DNA of 32,000 bases from Candidatus Electronema halotolerans (GCA_942493095.1 OW818675.1:2970001-3002000), one strand, 5' to 3'; shown: positions 17,119 through 26,380, numbered from the stretch's first letter. The notes: generated by a model not told the origin, from the letters alone. A program made the numbers and translations.

Positions 17119-17945
17119 TTATCTGCCCGGTCTGTTGAAATTTTCCTCCAGCGCAGCGATTTCCGCCACCGACAAACCGGTTGCCTCGGCCACGAGTTCA
17201 GGGGCAACGCCCTTCCGCAGCAGATTCTTGGCAATCAGCAGCTTTTCCTTCTTTGCCCCCTCTTTAATGCCCTCCTCAAATTTGGTCTGCTGGAGTTCCT
17301 CTTGATGATATTCCTCAATCATTCTGGCCCGCTCCTCCGGCGACAGCTGATCCCGCCGAATGGCCTCGAACAATTTCTGAATCACCGCCTGACCGTACAG
17401 GCTCTCGTCCACCTCTTCATCAAGGGTGTCGTTGCGTTGATGGCCCGCAGCCATTCTCGGTACGGCTCCGGCGTTGCGTCGGAAACATATTTCGGGCAGA
17501 GATAAATCACCTTATGGGAAAGTTCCTGAAGCGGCTGTCCGGTCAAATCACGGGAATCAAAATCAATCACCGCAATGTCCCGCTGGTGACGGTCGCCAGA
17601 GGTCAGAACTACCACGGTATATACGGTCAAGGGCGGGCGATAATTCTTGGAACTCGCCACTTGCTCCAATAACGCCGCGCAGTGGTAATAGAGAAAGCGG
17701 TCGTAGTGATCGTTGGTTCGGGCGTGCTGAATATCAACAATCAGCCGGTGCTCGGTGTCTTCCGCGAAAAGATCAAAGCGGGGCTTGACATAGCCGAGGG
17801 GCGGATCGAATTCCTTTTCTGTCTCCACATGCTCAATGCTGACAGGCCGACCGATCATATCGCGGGCAAAGGCCGTGAAAATCTCCGGGTCGCAGAAAGC
17901 CTTCTTGAAAACCACTCCGTATTTTAGCGAAGCGACTTGTTTCAT
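17119..17945 (-). pseudogene. Rpn/PD-(D/E)XK nuclease transposase-family gene, split by a frameshift
   Basis: Track ORFs 17382..17945 (MKQVASLKYGVVFKKAFCDPEIFTAFARDMIG...KPRFDLFAEDTEHRLIVDIQHARTNDHYDRFLYY) and 17119..17454 (...NDTLDEEVDESLYGQAVIQKLFEAIRRDQLSPEERARMIEEYHQEELQQTKFEEGIKEGAKKEKLLIAKNLL) are N- and C-terminal parts of one family member in different frames. Confidence 0.82.
17430..17439. repeat. Tandem duplication of the pentamer CGTTG (CAACG on the coding strand) at the frameshift
   Basis: Plus strand reads gtgt cgttg cgttg atgg. Deleting one copy gives coding ATC AAC GAC ACC CTT GAT GAA GAG (INDTLDEE), joining the two ORFs. Confidence 0.85.
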
Positions 17946-17977
17946 CTCTGTTCACCGAATTCTGTTGGGAAAATCCA

Positions 17978-18598
17978 TTATTCCTTCCGCATCAACGCAG
18001 GATAATCCTGCCGCAGAAAATTATGCAGCAGCACCAGTCCGGCCTTGGTCATGATGGACTCAGGATGAAACTGCACTCCTTCCACGGCCAAAGTCTTGTG
18101 GCGCAGGCCCATCAGCTCGCCCTGATCGGTGTGGCAGGTTGCTTCGAGACAGTCCGGCATGGTGCTTTCCTCAACCACCAAAGAATGATAGCGCATTCCT
18201 TCAAAGGGATTGGCCAAGCTGGTGAACACGCCCTTGCCGTCGTGGAACATCGGGCTGGTTTTGCCGTGCATGACCCGGCCCGCCCGGATCACTTTGCCGC
18301 CAAAAGCCTCGCCAATGGACTGATGGCCAAGACAGACACCGAGAATGGGAATCTTGCCGCTGAAATGCTGAATCGCGGCCACGGAAATACCCGCCTCCTT
18401 GGGTGTGCAGGGGCCAGGCGAGATCAGCAGGCGGTCGGGCCGCATGGCCTCAAATTCCTGCACCGTGATCTTGTCATTGCGGAAGACCCGGATTTCCGGC
18501 GGCTGCCAGTTTTGCGGCGCATCTGGCGGCGCAGCGGCCAAGGTCTGAACAATATTGAAGGTGAACGAGTCGTAGTTGTCAATAATGACGATCATCAC
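17978..18598 (-). CDS. trpG: Anthranilate/aminodeoxychorismate synthase glutamine amidotransferase subunit
   Basis: MIVIIDNYDSFTFNIVQ...LLISPGPCTPKEAGIS...PILGVCLGHQSIGEAFGG...MHGKTSPM...RYHSLVVEE...GVQFHPESIMT. Confidence 0.94.
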   Translation of the reverse strand: MMIVIIDNYDSFTFNIVQTLAAAPPDAPQNWQPPEIRVFRNDKITVQEFEAMRPDRLLISPGPCTPKEAGISVAAIQHFSGKIPILGVCLGHQSIGEAFGGKVIRAGRVMHGKTSPMFHDGKGVFTSLANPFEGMRYHSLVVEESTMPDCLEATCHTDQGELMGLRHKTLAVEGVQFHPESIMTKAGLVLLHNFLRQDYPALMRKE

Positions 18599-20085
18599 AG
18601 CGGCAGCCCCTGCTCGGCAAGTTCGACAGCCCGGCGCAAAGCGCGGGCCTTGTTGACAGTTTCCTCAAATTCCGTTTCCGGCACTGAGTCGGCGACAATG
18701 CCTGCCCCGGCCTGAATCCAGAGATTATCACCCTGCATGACAAAAGTGCGGATGGTGATGCAGAAGTCCATGTTGCCGGAAAATCCGAAATAACCGACCG
18801 CGCCTGCATACGGCCCGCGCCGGTCCGGCTCCAGCTCGTCAATGATTTTCATGGCCTGAATCTTGGGCGCGCCGCTGACCGTGCCTGCCGGAAAACAGGC
18901 TTCCAGCACGTCAAACTGATCTTTGCCCTCGGCCAGACGACCATGCACGCCAGAGACGATGTGCATGACATGGCTGTACTGCTCGACCACCATCAGGTCG
19001 CGCACCTCAACGTGGCCGCGCTCCGCCACCCGGCCTGTATCGTTGCGGCCCAGATCAACCAGCATCAGATGCTCGGCCCGCTCCTTGGGGTCAGCAAGCA
19101 GCTCTTCGGCCAATGCCGTGTCTTCCTCTGCATTGGCACCGCGCTTTCGGGTCCCGGCAATCGGACGCAGCTCAATCTCGTCATCCTCCAAGCGCACGAG
19201 AATTTCCGGCGAAGAACCGATCAGGAAGAGATCATCCAAGCGGAGATAAAAGAGATAGGGGCTGGGATTGACATGCCGCAGGCAACGGTAGAGCAGGAAG
19301 GGGTCAAGCTGGGTCTTACTCTGAAACCGCTGTGACAGCACTACCTGAATGATGTCGCCTGCTAAAATATGCTCTTTGGCCTGCTCAACCATGCGGCAGA
19401 AGGTTGACTCATCCATGTTGGAGCGGAACTGATGCGGCTCGCAGCCTGCGGAGGACAAGAGAGCTGCTGGCACAGGCTGCCGGAGCTGCTCCAGCACCGC
19501 TTCAATCCGGGCGCAGCCGTCGGCGTGCAATGCCGTAGCGTCCTTGCCTGCCTTTGGCACCACATTGCAGACCACAGTCAGTTTCTGGCCGACTGAATCA
19601 TAAATCAGGACCAGCCGAGGCACGATGAAGGAGGAATCAGGAATATTCATCGGCACATGGCTGTCCGGGATTTCTTCAATAAAGCGAATCATGTCATAGC
19701 CAAGAAAACCAACCAGACCGCCGTAGAAACGAGGCAGGCCCGGCGCAGTGCTGGCATTGAAGACCTTGAGCAGCTCGCGCAGCTCCTTGAGCGGATTGAC
19801 ATTCTCCCGGATTTCCTCCTCCTGGCCGCTGCGGGTCAGCGTGACTTGGCCGCCTTTGGAGGAAAAGGTCAGCAGCGGGTCAAGACCGATGAAGGAGTAG
19901 CGGCCCCATTTTTCCCCGCCGGTCATGGATTCAAAGAGAAAGGCGTGCCGCTCTTTGCCTGCTGTTTTGGCAAAGATGGTCAAGGGTGTTTCCAAATCCG
20001 CGATCACCGTCCGATGCAGCGGAACTAATCCGGCCTGCTCCATCAGCTCAGAGAACGCTTTCAGCTCAGGAAAATACATGATCAA
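18595..20085 (-). CDS. trpE: Anthranilate synthase component I
   Basis: ELRPIAGTRKRGANAEEDTALAEELLADPKERAEHLMLVDLGRNDTGRVAERG...MHIVSGVHGRL...FPAGTVSGAPKIQAMKIIDELEPDRRGPYAGAVGYF. Confidence 0.95.
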   Translation of the reverse strand: MIMYFPELKAFSELMEQAGLVPLHRTVIADLETPLTIFAKTAGKERHAFLFESMTGGEKWGRYSFIGLDPLLTFSSKGGQVTLTRSGQEEEIRENVNPLKELRELLKVFNASTAPGLPRFYGGLVGFLGYDMIRFIEEIPDSHVPMNIPDSSFIVPRLVLIYDSVGQKLTVVCNVVPKAGKDATALHADGCARIEAVLEQLRQPVPAALLSSAGCEPHQFRSNMDESTFCRMVEQAKEHILAGDIIQVVLSQRFQSKTQLDPFLLYRCLRHVNPSPYLFYLRLDDLFLIGSSPEILVRLEDDEIELRPIAGTRKRGANAEEDTALAEELLADPKERAEHLMLVDLGRNDTGRVAERGHVEVRDLMVVEQYSHVMHIVSGVHGRLAEGKDQFDVLEACFPAGTVSGAPKIQAMKIIDELEPDRRGPYAGAVGYFGFSGNMDFCITIRTFVMQGDNLWIQAGAGIVADSVPETEFEETVNKARALRRAVELAEQGLPL

Positions 20086-20162
20086 TCTGCGGAAAAAGAA
20101 AAAGCCACAGAAGCAGTGCGCTTCCGTGGCCGACAGTCCTGAATTTGCGGATGCCAGCCGGT

Positions 20163-20435
20163 TCAGGCGGCAGCTGTCATCAGGTTGACGCGCTTGGTCA
20201 GCCGGGAAATCTTGCGGGCGGCAGTGTTCTTGTGAATCGTGCCCTTGCTGGCCGTCTTCTGGATGATCGGCGCAACTTTTTTCAAGGCTTCCTGCGCAGC
20301 CTCGTTTGCGCCTGAGGCCAAGGCATCCTCCAAGTGGCGAATGGCAGTGTGCATTCTTGATTTGTTCATCCGGTTGCGCAGACGGCGCACCTTGGACTGC
20401 CGGTCCCGTTTTGCTGCTGAAGCATGATTAGCCAT
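20163..20435 (-). CDS. rpsT: 30S ribosomal protein S20
   Basis: MANHASAAKRDRQSKVRRLRNRMNKSRMHTAIRHLEDAL...TIHKNTAARKISRLTKRVN. Confidence 0.96.
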   Translation of the reverse strand: MANHASAAKRDRQSKVRRLRNRMNKSRMHTAIRHLEDALASGANEAAQEALKKVAPIIQKTASKGTIHKNTAARKISRLTKRVNLMTAAA

Positions 20436-20512
20436 GAAAGCTCCTTGCTGCTTGCTTAATAGTTGAATAAATGGAATGAAACTATAGCGGAACCGCCTGC
20501 GCCTGTCAACAG

Positions 20513-21160
20513 CTATTTGTGCTTTGCGCTGGCTTGTCCGGTCCGGGATTGTTCTGCTGAAACAGAAGCGGAAGAAGACGGCTGCTCCGCCGCCTGTCTC
20601 AGGCCGAGCAGATACTGCCAGAAGCGGATTTCCTCAGCCGTGCTGGGCACAGGCGGCACAACTTCGATCACTGGCACCTCATCAACAGAACGCCGGGCCA
20701 TCTCCGCTGCTGCTGTCTGCCAATCAGCGAAGAGATCAGGAATATCTGTTGCGGCCTGTTTCTTGTCAATCCTGTTTGCACCTTTTCCCGGCCATGTTTT
20801 GACTGCGTCGCCTTCTAAAATCGTGCCGTTCAGGTCAGCTCCAGCCAAGTCGGCTCCGATCAGCCATGCGCCGTGCAGATCAGCATCCCTCAGATTGGCC
20901 GAAGTCAAACAGGTGAAATTGAGCTGCGCTCCAGTCAGGTTCGCGCCCTGCAAATCCGCTTTGGCCAGATTGAGATGATTCATGACCGCGCCGCGCAGAT
21001 CACAGCTTGGACAGGCATTGGTGGTGAGAAGCTGATTGAAATGCTTTTGGATATCAGGGTAAGGCGAACCGAGCAGCTCGGCGCGGCAATGGCCGCCCCA
21101 GAACTGCGCTGCAATAAGCAACCACACCGGACGGAAAAAAATGCGCCCGCAGAACTTCAT
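20513..21160 (-). CDS. Pentapeptide-repeat protein with N-terminal signal-like segment
   Basis: ACPSCDLRGAVMNHLNLAKADLQGANLTGAQLNFTCLTSANLRDADLHGAWLIGADLAGADLNGTIL; A(D/N)LxG repeat pattern. Confidence 0.82.
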   Translation of the reverse strand: MKFCGRIFFRPVWLLIAAQFWGGHCRAELLGSPYPDIQKHFNQLLTTNACPSCDLRGAVMNHLNLAKADLQGANLTGAQLNFTCLTSANLRDADLHGAWLIGADLAGADLNGTILEGDAVKTWPGKGANRIDKKQAATDIPDLFADWQTAAAEMARRSVDEVPVIEVVPPVPSTAEEIRFWQYLLGLRQAAEQPSSSASVSAEQSRTGQASAKHK

Positions 21161-21185
21161 GCTGCTCTCCCGCCCTGATGCGGCA

Positions 21186-21632
21186 TCAGGGCCAGACCAA
21201 ACTTTTGTGAATCCAGCCAGTGAGCTGTGGATGATGGATTTTCAGCCAGTCTCCCTTCTGCTCAACTTTCTGGAGGATGACATCACGAACCACCTTGCCG
21301 ACCTGATCATAGTCAGTGCCGGGGCCGGAGCGGACATTGCCTCTGCTGACCTTGACGATCACATAAGGGGTGCTGGAGGTCAGCGAGGCATAGATCCAGC
21401 CTTGATCGTTTTCATAATCGCGGACATTGAGCCAGTCTCCCTTCCGTTCCAGAATTTCGAGCGGATACCCGGCAGGCAGTTCAAAAAGCACTGCCGAATC
21501 AGTGGTCGGGCCGGAGCGGAGATTCACTCCGTCCTTGCTCACAGAGACAAACTCAGCCGCTGCCACAACTGAAGCCAGCATCGTCGCTGCCAGCAGCATC
21601 AGCATCACTGCCAGCAGAGTTCGGTGTTGCAT
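21186..21632 (-). CDS. Secreted protein with two bacterial SH3-like domains
   Basis: VSVSKDGVNLRSGPTTDSAVLFELPAGYPLEILERKGDWLNVRDYENDQGWIYASLT and VIVKVSRGNVRSGPGTDYDQVGKV...QKGDWLKIHHPQLTGWIHKSLVW; signal peptide MQHRTLLAVMLMLLAATMLASVVAAA. Track start is 21653. Confidence 0.85.
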   Translation of the reverse strand: MQHRTLLAVMLMLLAATMLASVVAAAEFVSVSKDGVNLRSGPTTDSAVLFELPAGYPLEILERKGDWLNVRDYENDQGWIYASLTSSTPYVIVKVSRGNVRSGPGTDYDQVGKVVRDVILQKVEQKGDWLKIHHPQLTGWIHKSLVWP

Positions 21633-22395
21633 TGCAATCCCCCTTTGTTTCATTATACTGTCCTGATGTGAAATACAATAGAAATTCCTGATTGCCCTTG
21701 GCCCCGCAGACTGCGGCGGCAGTGCTGCGGACGCAGGTCAGACCCAGTTCCTCGCCTGCCCGCCTGATTGCGGTCATGGCCTCCTGATGCAGGCTGCTCT
21801 CCCGGACGATGCCGCCCGCGCCGACCTTGCCCTTGGGCAGCTCAAACTGCGGCTTGACCAAGGCGAGTATCCTCGCGCCGTTGCAGAACAGCGGCAGGAG
21901 CGGCGGCAGCAGGAGCTGAAGCGAAATAAAGGATGCGTCAAGGACGGCAAGGTCCAATGCTTCAGGAATTTGCTCCCGGCTGAGGAAACGGGCATTGGTG
22001 CGCTCCAGAACCGTGACCCGCTGATCTTGGCGCAGCTTCCATGCCAGCAGGCCATAGCCGACATCAACACTATAGACCTTGGCAGCCCCATGCTGGAGCA
22101 GGCAGTCAGTGAAGCCGCCGGTTGAGGCCCCGATGTCAGCGCAGACCCAGCCGCTGGGGTCAAGGGCCAGCTCGCGCAGTCCTCCGGCCAATTTCTCGCC
22201 GCTCCGGCTGACATAGGCGGATGCTTTTTTCCTGAGCCTGATCTCGCAGTCCGCTGCCACTAAGCTGCCCGCCTTGCAGTCGGAACGGGTGTTGACCAGC
22301 ACCTGGCCTGCGCCGATCAAGGCTTGGGCCGCTGCCTGATCCGCAGCCAGACCGCGCTCTGTCAGGAGCAGGTCGAGCCGCTGCTTGGCAGGCAT
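21553..22395 (-). CDS. tlyA: TlyA family rRNA (cytidine-2'-O)-methyltransferase
   Basis: QRLDLLLTERGLAADQAAAQALIGAGQVLVN (S4 domain), KLAGGLRELALDPSGWVCADIGASTGGFTDCLLQHGAAKVYSVDVGYGLLAWKLR, KGNQEFLLYF. Confidence 0.93.
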   Translation of the reverse strand: MPAKQRLDLLLTERGLAADQAAAQALIGAGQVLVNTRSDCKAGSLVAADCEIRLRKKASAYVSRSGEKLAGGLRELALDPSGWVCADIGASTGGFTDCLLQHGAAKVYSVDVGYGLLAWKLRQDQRVTVLERTNARFLSREQIPEALDLAVLDASFISLQLLLPPLLPLFCNGARILALVKPQFELPKGKVGAGGIVRESSLHQEAMTAIRRAGEELGLTCVRSTAAAVCGAKGNQEFLLYFTSGQYNETKGDCNATPNSAGSDADAAGSDDAGFSCGSG

Positions 22396-23534
22396 CAGTT
22401 GTTCAGATTTTCCAGCCGCTCCCGCGCCACCTTGGCCTCACGGCTCCGGGGATGATCAGCAAGCAGCTTGGCATAGACCACCTTGGCCGTCTCCTTGTCG
22501 GTCAGCTTTTCAAAGGCCATGCCCTGCCGCAGCAGAGCCGCTGAGATGTGCGGATCATCGGCATAATTGGAGATCACCTTCTGGTAATCAAGGATGGCCA
22601 AATCATATTCGCCCTGATTGAACAGGCATTCTCCCATCAGATACTGGGCCTTGGCCGCCTCCCGTTTGTCAGGCTGCCCGCCAAGAAACTGCTCAAAGAC
22701 CTTGTAGGCCGACTGATACTCTTTGGCTTTGAAGCGGCTCATGCCCTGCTCCATCAATTTGTCATCCGGTCGGGCGGCAGAGCTGCTGGAACCGGGAATG
22801 ACCACTGGCTCATCATCTTTTGGCTCTTGGTAGTGAACCACTGGAACCACTGTTTCCCCGCCGCTCTCCTTGCGCACCTTTTTACTGTCCGGGTGCAGGA
22901 CGGTTGCAGGGGCTGGCTCAGGCGCTGGCTCAGGCGGGGTCTGGACAGCAAAGCTGCCTGTTCCGCCCGTTTCCGCCTCTTGCAGAGCCAGATCAGCTTT
23001 TCTCCGGGCCGCTGCCGCCCGTTCCGCCGCCTCTTTTGCCCGCCGCTCCGCCGCTCTGGCTTTTTCTGCCGCCTCCTGCACCTTATGCTGGCTGCGTGTT
23101 TCAAGACCGCTTGACAGCTCGTCAATCTTTAGTTCCAAGGAACGGACCAGCTCCTCGTTTGACTTGGCCAACTGGCTGTTTTCGGCCTGCGTCTGCTCAA
23201 TCGCCGCATAGAGCGAGGCGATTTTGTCCTCTGTCTCAGCCTTGTACTGATTGAAACGCTCAAGGTTCTCCTGATTCACCGAGCGGAGCTGCCGGGCCTC
23301 ATCAGCCACAGTTTCCAGCCGGTTGACAGAATTGGCCGTGTCCTTGAGCAGCTGATCCAGAGCTTGGGATTCAACCTCTTTGATTTTTTTCGCCGTCTTC
23401 GACTCAACACTCTTGACCTGCTGATTGACGGTGCGGAGCTGGTAGTTGAGCCGCCGCACATCATCCTGACTTGCGCACTGACAGAGCAGCAGGAGGGAAC
23501 AGCCTGCCGCCGCCGTGATTTTGAACCCGTTCAT
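22395..23534 (-). CDS. cpoB: Cell division coordinator CpoB / YbgF-like tol-pal system protein
   Basis: Lipoprotein-like N-terminus LLLLCQCASQ, coiled coil, C-terminal MEQGMSRFKAKEYQSAYKVFEQFLGGQPDKREAAKAQYLMGECLFNQGEYDLAILDYQKVI TPRs. Adjacent to tolB. Confidence 0.85.
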   Translation of the reverse strand: MNGFKITAAAGCSLLLLCQCASQDDVRRLNYQLRTVNQQVKSVESKTAKKIKEVESQALDQLLKDTANSVNRLETVADEARQLRSVNQENLERFNQYKAETEDKIASLYAAIEQTQAENSQLAKSNEELVRSLELKIDELSSGLETRSQHKVQEAAEKARAAERRAKEAAERAAAARRKADLALQEAETGGTGSFAVQTPPEPAPEPAPATVLHPDSKKVRKESGGETVVPVVHYQEPKDDEPVVIPGSSSSAARPDDKLMEQGMSRFKAKEYQSAYKVFEQFLGGQPDKREAAKAQYLMGECLFNQGEYDLAILDYQKVISNYADDPHISAALLRQGMAFEKLTDKETAKVVYAKLLADHPRSREAKVARERLENLNN

Positions 23535-23572
23535 AGCTGATCATATAAGAAAAAATTAACAGAACCGTTCGT

Positions 23573-24853
23573 TCATCTGGAGCGCGGCGACCAGCGCGGA
23601 TAGGACTGACTGCCGGGCAGCCGGAAAAGGACCCGCTCGCCTTGGCCGTTGGCCATGATGGCGCAGATTTCCATCTGACCGTTTTTTTTCCGGGAAAAGG
23701 CGATCTGTCTGCCGTCCGGCGACCAGGATGGCGACTCGTAATCGCCATAGCTGGAGGTGATCCGGGTCGGCGAGCCGCCCTCGGCGGAAATGGTGAAAAT
23801 ATGATAATGACCGCCGTTCAAGCTGGTGTAGGCGATTTTATCGCCTTTAGGCGACCAGGACGGCTCCACATTTTCCTTCCCCTGCAAGGTCAGCAGGCGG
23901 GTGCTGCCGCTGCGCAGGTTCATCAGATAGACCTGCGGCCTGCCGCTGCGGTCGGAAACAAAGGCAATGGACTTGCCATCCGGGGAATAGGAGGGGGAAA
24001 CGTTGATGCCGGAGCGCTGCGTCAGGCGATCCTGAATCTGCCCCTGCATGTCAAGCCGATAAAGATCAGGATTGCCGTCCTTGCTCAGGGTGACGATCAT
24101 GCTTCTGCCATCCGGGGCAAAGGCTGGAGCCAGATTCATGCCTTCCCGCCGCGACAGGGCCTTGGTCAGCTGGCTCTGGTTCAGATCGGTGATGTACAGA
24201 TTCTGGTTGCCGCGATGATAGGAGGAATAGGCCAGCAGGCGGCCATCCGGGGAAAAACGCGGCGAGACACAGAGATTGTTGTGCCGGGTTATCCGACGGA
24301 CATGACGGCCCAGCACATCGGCAATATAGATTTCCTTGCTGCCGGAGGCATCAGAGACAAAGGCGATGGAGGTGCGGCTGATGCCGGGTTCGCCGGTGAA
24401 GTCCTCGACCAGGGCATCGGCAAGCTGCAGGGCCAGCTCGTCCTGCTGCGAGGCCGGGCCGCTGAAGCGTCTGGCAGGAAGGGTTTTGTTGGCAGGCACA
24501 TCCAAGAGCGCGCCTTCGACAACCATTTTGCCGCCCTGATCAGAGACCTTGCCAAGCACCACATAATCTGCGCCGCTGCCGCGCCAGTCTTTGTCAGGTC
24601 CAGCCTGGCCTGCGTCAACAATACGGATGAAGCCGTGAAAATCAAGACCCTTGATCAGCATCTTGGCAATATCCCTTCCTGCGCTGCCGCCAGTGAACGG
24701 CGGCACTGCCACGGCCAGCTTGCGCACCCCGGAGCTGGCAATATCCAGCTCGATGCGCTTTGCCGCCGCAGGCGAGCTGAAACAGAGCAGCAGCAGGACA
24801 AGGAAAAAATGGAAGAGCGCGGACATCCAGGAACTGCGGTCTGTTGTGTGCAT
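23573..24853 (-). CDS. tolB: Tol-Pal system beta-propeller protein TolB
   Basis: VAVPPFTGGS..., repeated SPRFSPDGRLLAYSSYHRGNQNLYITDL / VSPSYSPDGKSIAFVSDRSGRPQVYLMNL / EPSWSPKGDKIAYTS / SPSWSPDGRQIAFSR blades. Confidence 0.94.
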   Translation of the reverse strand: MHTTDRSSWMSALFHFFLVLLLLCFSSPAAAKRIELDIASSGVRKLAVAVPPFTGGSAGRDIAKMLIKGLDFHGFIRIVDAGQAGPDKDWRGSGADYVVLGKVSDQGGKMVVEGALLDVPANKTLPARRFSGPASQQDELALQLADALVEDFTGEPGISRTSIAFVSDASGSKEIYIADVLGRHVRRITRHNNLCVSPRFSPDGRLLAYSSYHRGNQNLYITDLNQSQLTKALSRREGMNLAPAFAPDGRSMIVTLSKDGNPDLYRLDMQGQIQDRLTQRSGINVSPSYSPDGKSIAFVSDRSGRPQVYLMNLRSGSTRLLTLQGKENVEPSWSPKGDKIAYTSLNGGHYHIFTISAEGGSPTRITSSYGDYESPSWSPDGRQIAFSRKKNGQMEICAIMANGQGERVLFRLPGSQSYPRWSPRSR

Positions 24854-24871
24854 GGTTTTATAAAAAGAAAA

Positions 24872-26380
24872 TTATGTCAAGCCTTTAGGCGTGAAGTTCA
24901 GTTCAAATTCCAGCTTTGGCTCCCGAATCAGAGCCGGGAAGTCAGGCAAGGGCTCGGCACTGCGCAGGGCCTTGAGCACAGACTGGTCAAACAGGGCATC
25001 GCCGGATTTTTTCTCAATTTTTATATCGTCAATCGCCCCTTTTTTGCTGACGGTCAAGGCAACCACGGTTTTCAGGCCCTTGCTGGCCGCCATCAATTCC
25101 GGCAGCTTCCAGCAGCTGCTGATTTTATCATTCAAGGATGCAGCATAGCGATTCAAGACAGCAGGACTGGAGCCTGCACCCCGGCCATTGCCGCCGGTGC
25201 CAGCCGCTGAAGCTGGGCCGCTGCCGTGAACTGCGGCCACGACCGATTTGACCGCCGCATCTTCCTGGAGAGCACGGGCTAACTGTGCTCTGGCCTGCGC
25301 CGCCGCCTGCTGGGCCTGCTGGGCTTCCTGTTCAATCCGTTTCGCCTCTGCCAAGGCCTCGCGCCGTTTCTGCTCGGCCAACTGTCTGCGAGCCGCCGCC
25401 GCTTTTTCAGCCTTTTCAGCGGCAGCCTTTTTCTCTTCCGCCAATTTAGCCGCTTTAACCTGCGCCTCTTTCTTCTTAGCTTCAGCGATTTTCGCCTGCT
25501 CGACCTGCCGCGCTTTTTCCGCAGCAGCCTTTTTTTCTTCCGCCAATTGAGCCGCCTTGACCTGCGCCTCTTTTTTCTTGGCTTCAGCGATTTTCGCCTG
25601 CTCGACCTGCCGCGCTTTTTCCGCAGCAGCCTTTTTTTCTTCCGCCAATTTGGCTGCTTTAACCTGCACCTCTTTTTTCTTAGCCTCGGCAAGCTGCAGC
25701 TCTTCAGCCTGCCGCGCCGCCGCTTCCTTTTTCTTAGCTTGTTCAGCAACCGCTTCTTTTTGCACCGGAGGCGCAGCTTTCTGCTTCTCCGGGTTGAGCG
25801 AAACAGCCTCCTTGGGCGCAGCCTGCGGTGCTGCCACTGCTTTCTTGACCGCCTGCGCCGGTTTGATGACCTCAATCTTTGCCACTGTCTGCTGCGGGGC
25901 CGGTTTTTCCGGCTCAGGAGCTACCGCTGTCTTGACTTCCACCTTTTCCACGGTCTTTTCAACCACCACCGGCAAAGGCGGCTCCGGCTTGCTCTCCACC
26001 ACAGGCTTGGGCGGCGGGGCAACCGCCTTTTTCACCGCATTATGAGGCCGGATGATCTCCACCGTTTTCGCAACAGGCCGGGCCGGTTCCGGTTCCGGCT
26101 CCGGCGCAGGTTCCGCAACAGGGGGCGGCTCAGTGACTGGCGCGGCCTCTTTGGCTGCCGGGGGGGCAGGGCCGGATTCATTCATGCTGATCAAATCGAC
26201 CGTGACAATGTTTTCCAAATTGAATTTAGGCCTGCTGTCGGTCAGGTTCTGCAACACTGCCGCGCTGCCAAACAGGGCAAGATGGAGGGCCACTGCCAGA
26301 TTCAGCGGCCACTGCCAGCCAGCGCCGTCATCGCGCTGGGCCAGAAAAAGCTCCCATTCATCACGCCGCATTACGCTCAT
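24872..26380 (-). CDS. tolA: TolA/TonB-family energy-transducing protein
   Basis: N-terminal membrane anchor, long Lys/Ala/Glu-rich helical spacer, C-terminal TLKTVVALTVSKKGAIDDIKIEKKSGDALFDQSVLKALRSAEPLPDFPALI. Confidence 0.88.
   Translation of the reverse strand: MSVMRRDEWELFLAQRDDGAGWQWPLNLAVALHLALFGSAAVLQNLTDSRPKFNLENIVTVDLISMNESGPAPPAAKEAAPVTEPPPVAEPAPEPEPEPARPVAKTVEIIRPHNAVKKAVAPPPKPVVESKPEPPLPVVVEKTVEKVEVKTAVAPEPEKPAPQQTVAKIEVIKPAQAVKKAVAAPQAAPKEAVSLNPEKQKAAPPVQKEAVAEQAKKKEAAARQAEELQLAEAKKKEVQVKAAKLAEEKKAAAEKARQVEQAKIAEAKKKEAQVKAAQLAEEKKAAAEKARQVEQAKIAEAKKKEAQVKAAKLAEEKKAAAEKAEKAAAARRQLAEQKRREALAEAKRIEQEAQQAQQAAAQARAQLARALQEDAAVKSVVAAVHGSGPASAAGTGGNGRGAGSSPAVLNRYAASLNDKISSCWKLPELMAASKGLKTVVALTVSKKGAIDDIKIEKKSGDALFDQSVLKALRSAEPLPDFPALIREPKLEFELNFTPKGLT
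25405..25715 (-). repeat. Approximately three tandem 102-bp (34-aa) repeats within tolA (boundaries approximate)
   Basis: (AEAKKKEAQVKAAKLAEEKKAAAEKARQVEQAKI)n; the string ttcgcctgctcgacctgccgcgctttttccgc recurs at 25491 and 25593 (period 102). Confidence 0.8.

Noticed and set aside
17382-17454. Programmed ribosomal frameshift in the Rpn-type gene
   Set aside because: No slippery heptamer seen at the junction. The simple CAACG tandem duplication explains the frame change better.
23642-25210. 522-aa plus-strand ORF
   Set aside because: Antisense to tolB and the 3' end of tolA, both convincingly coding on the minus strand.
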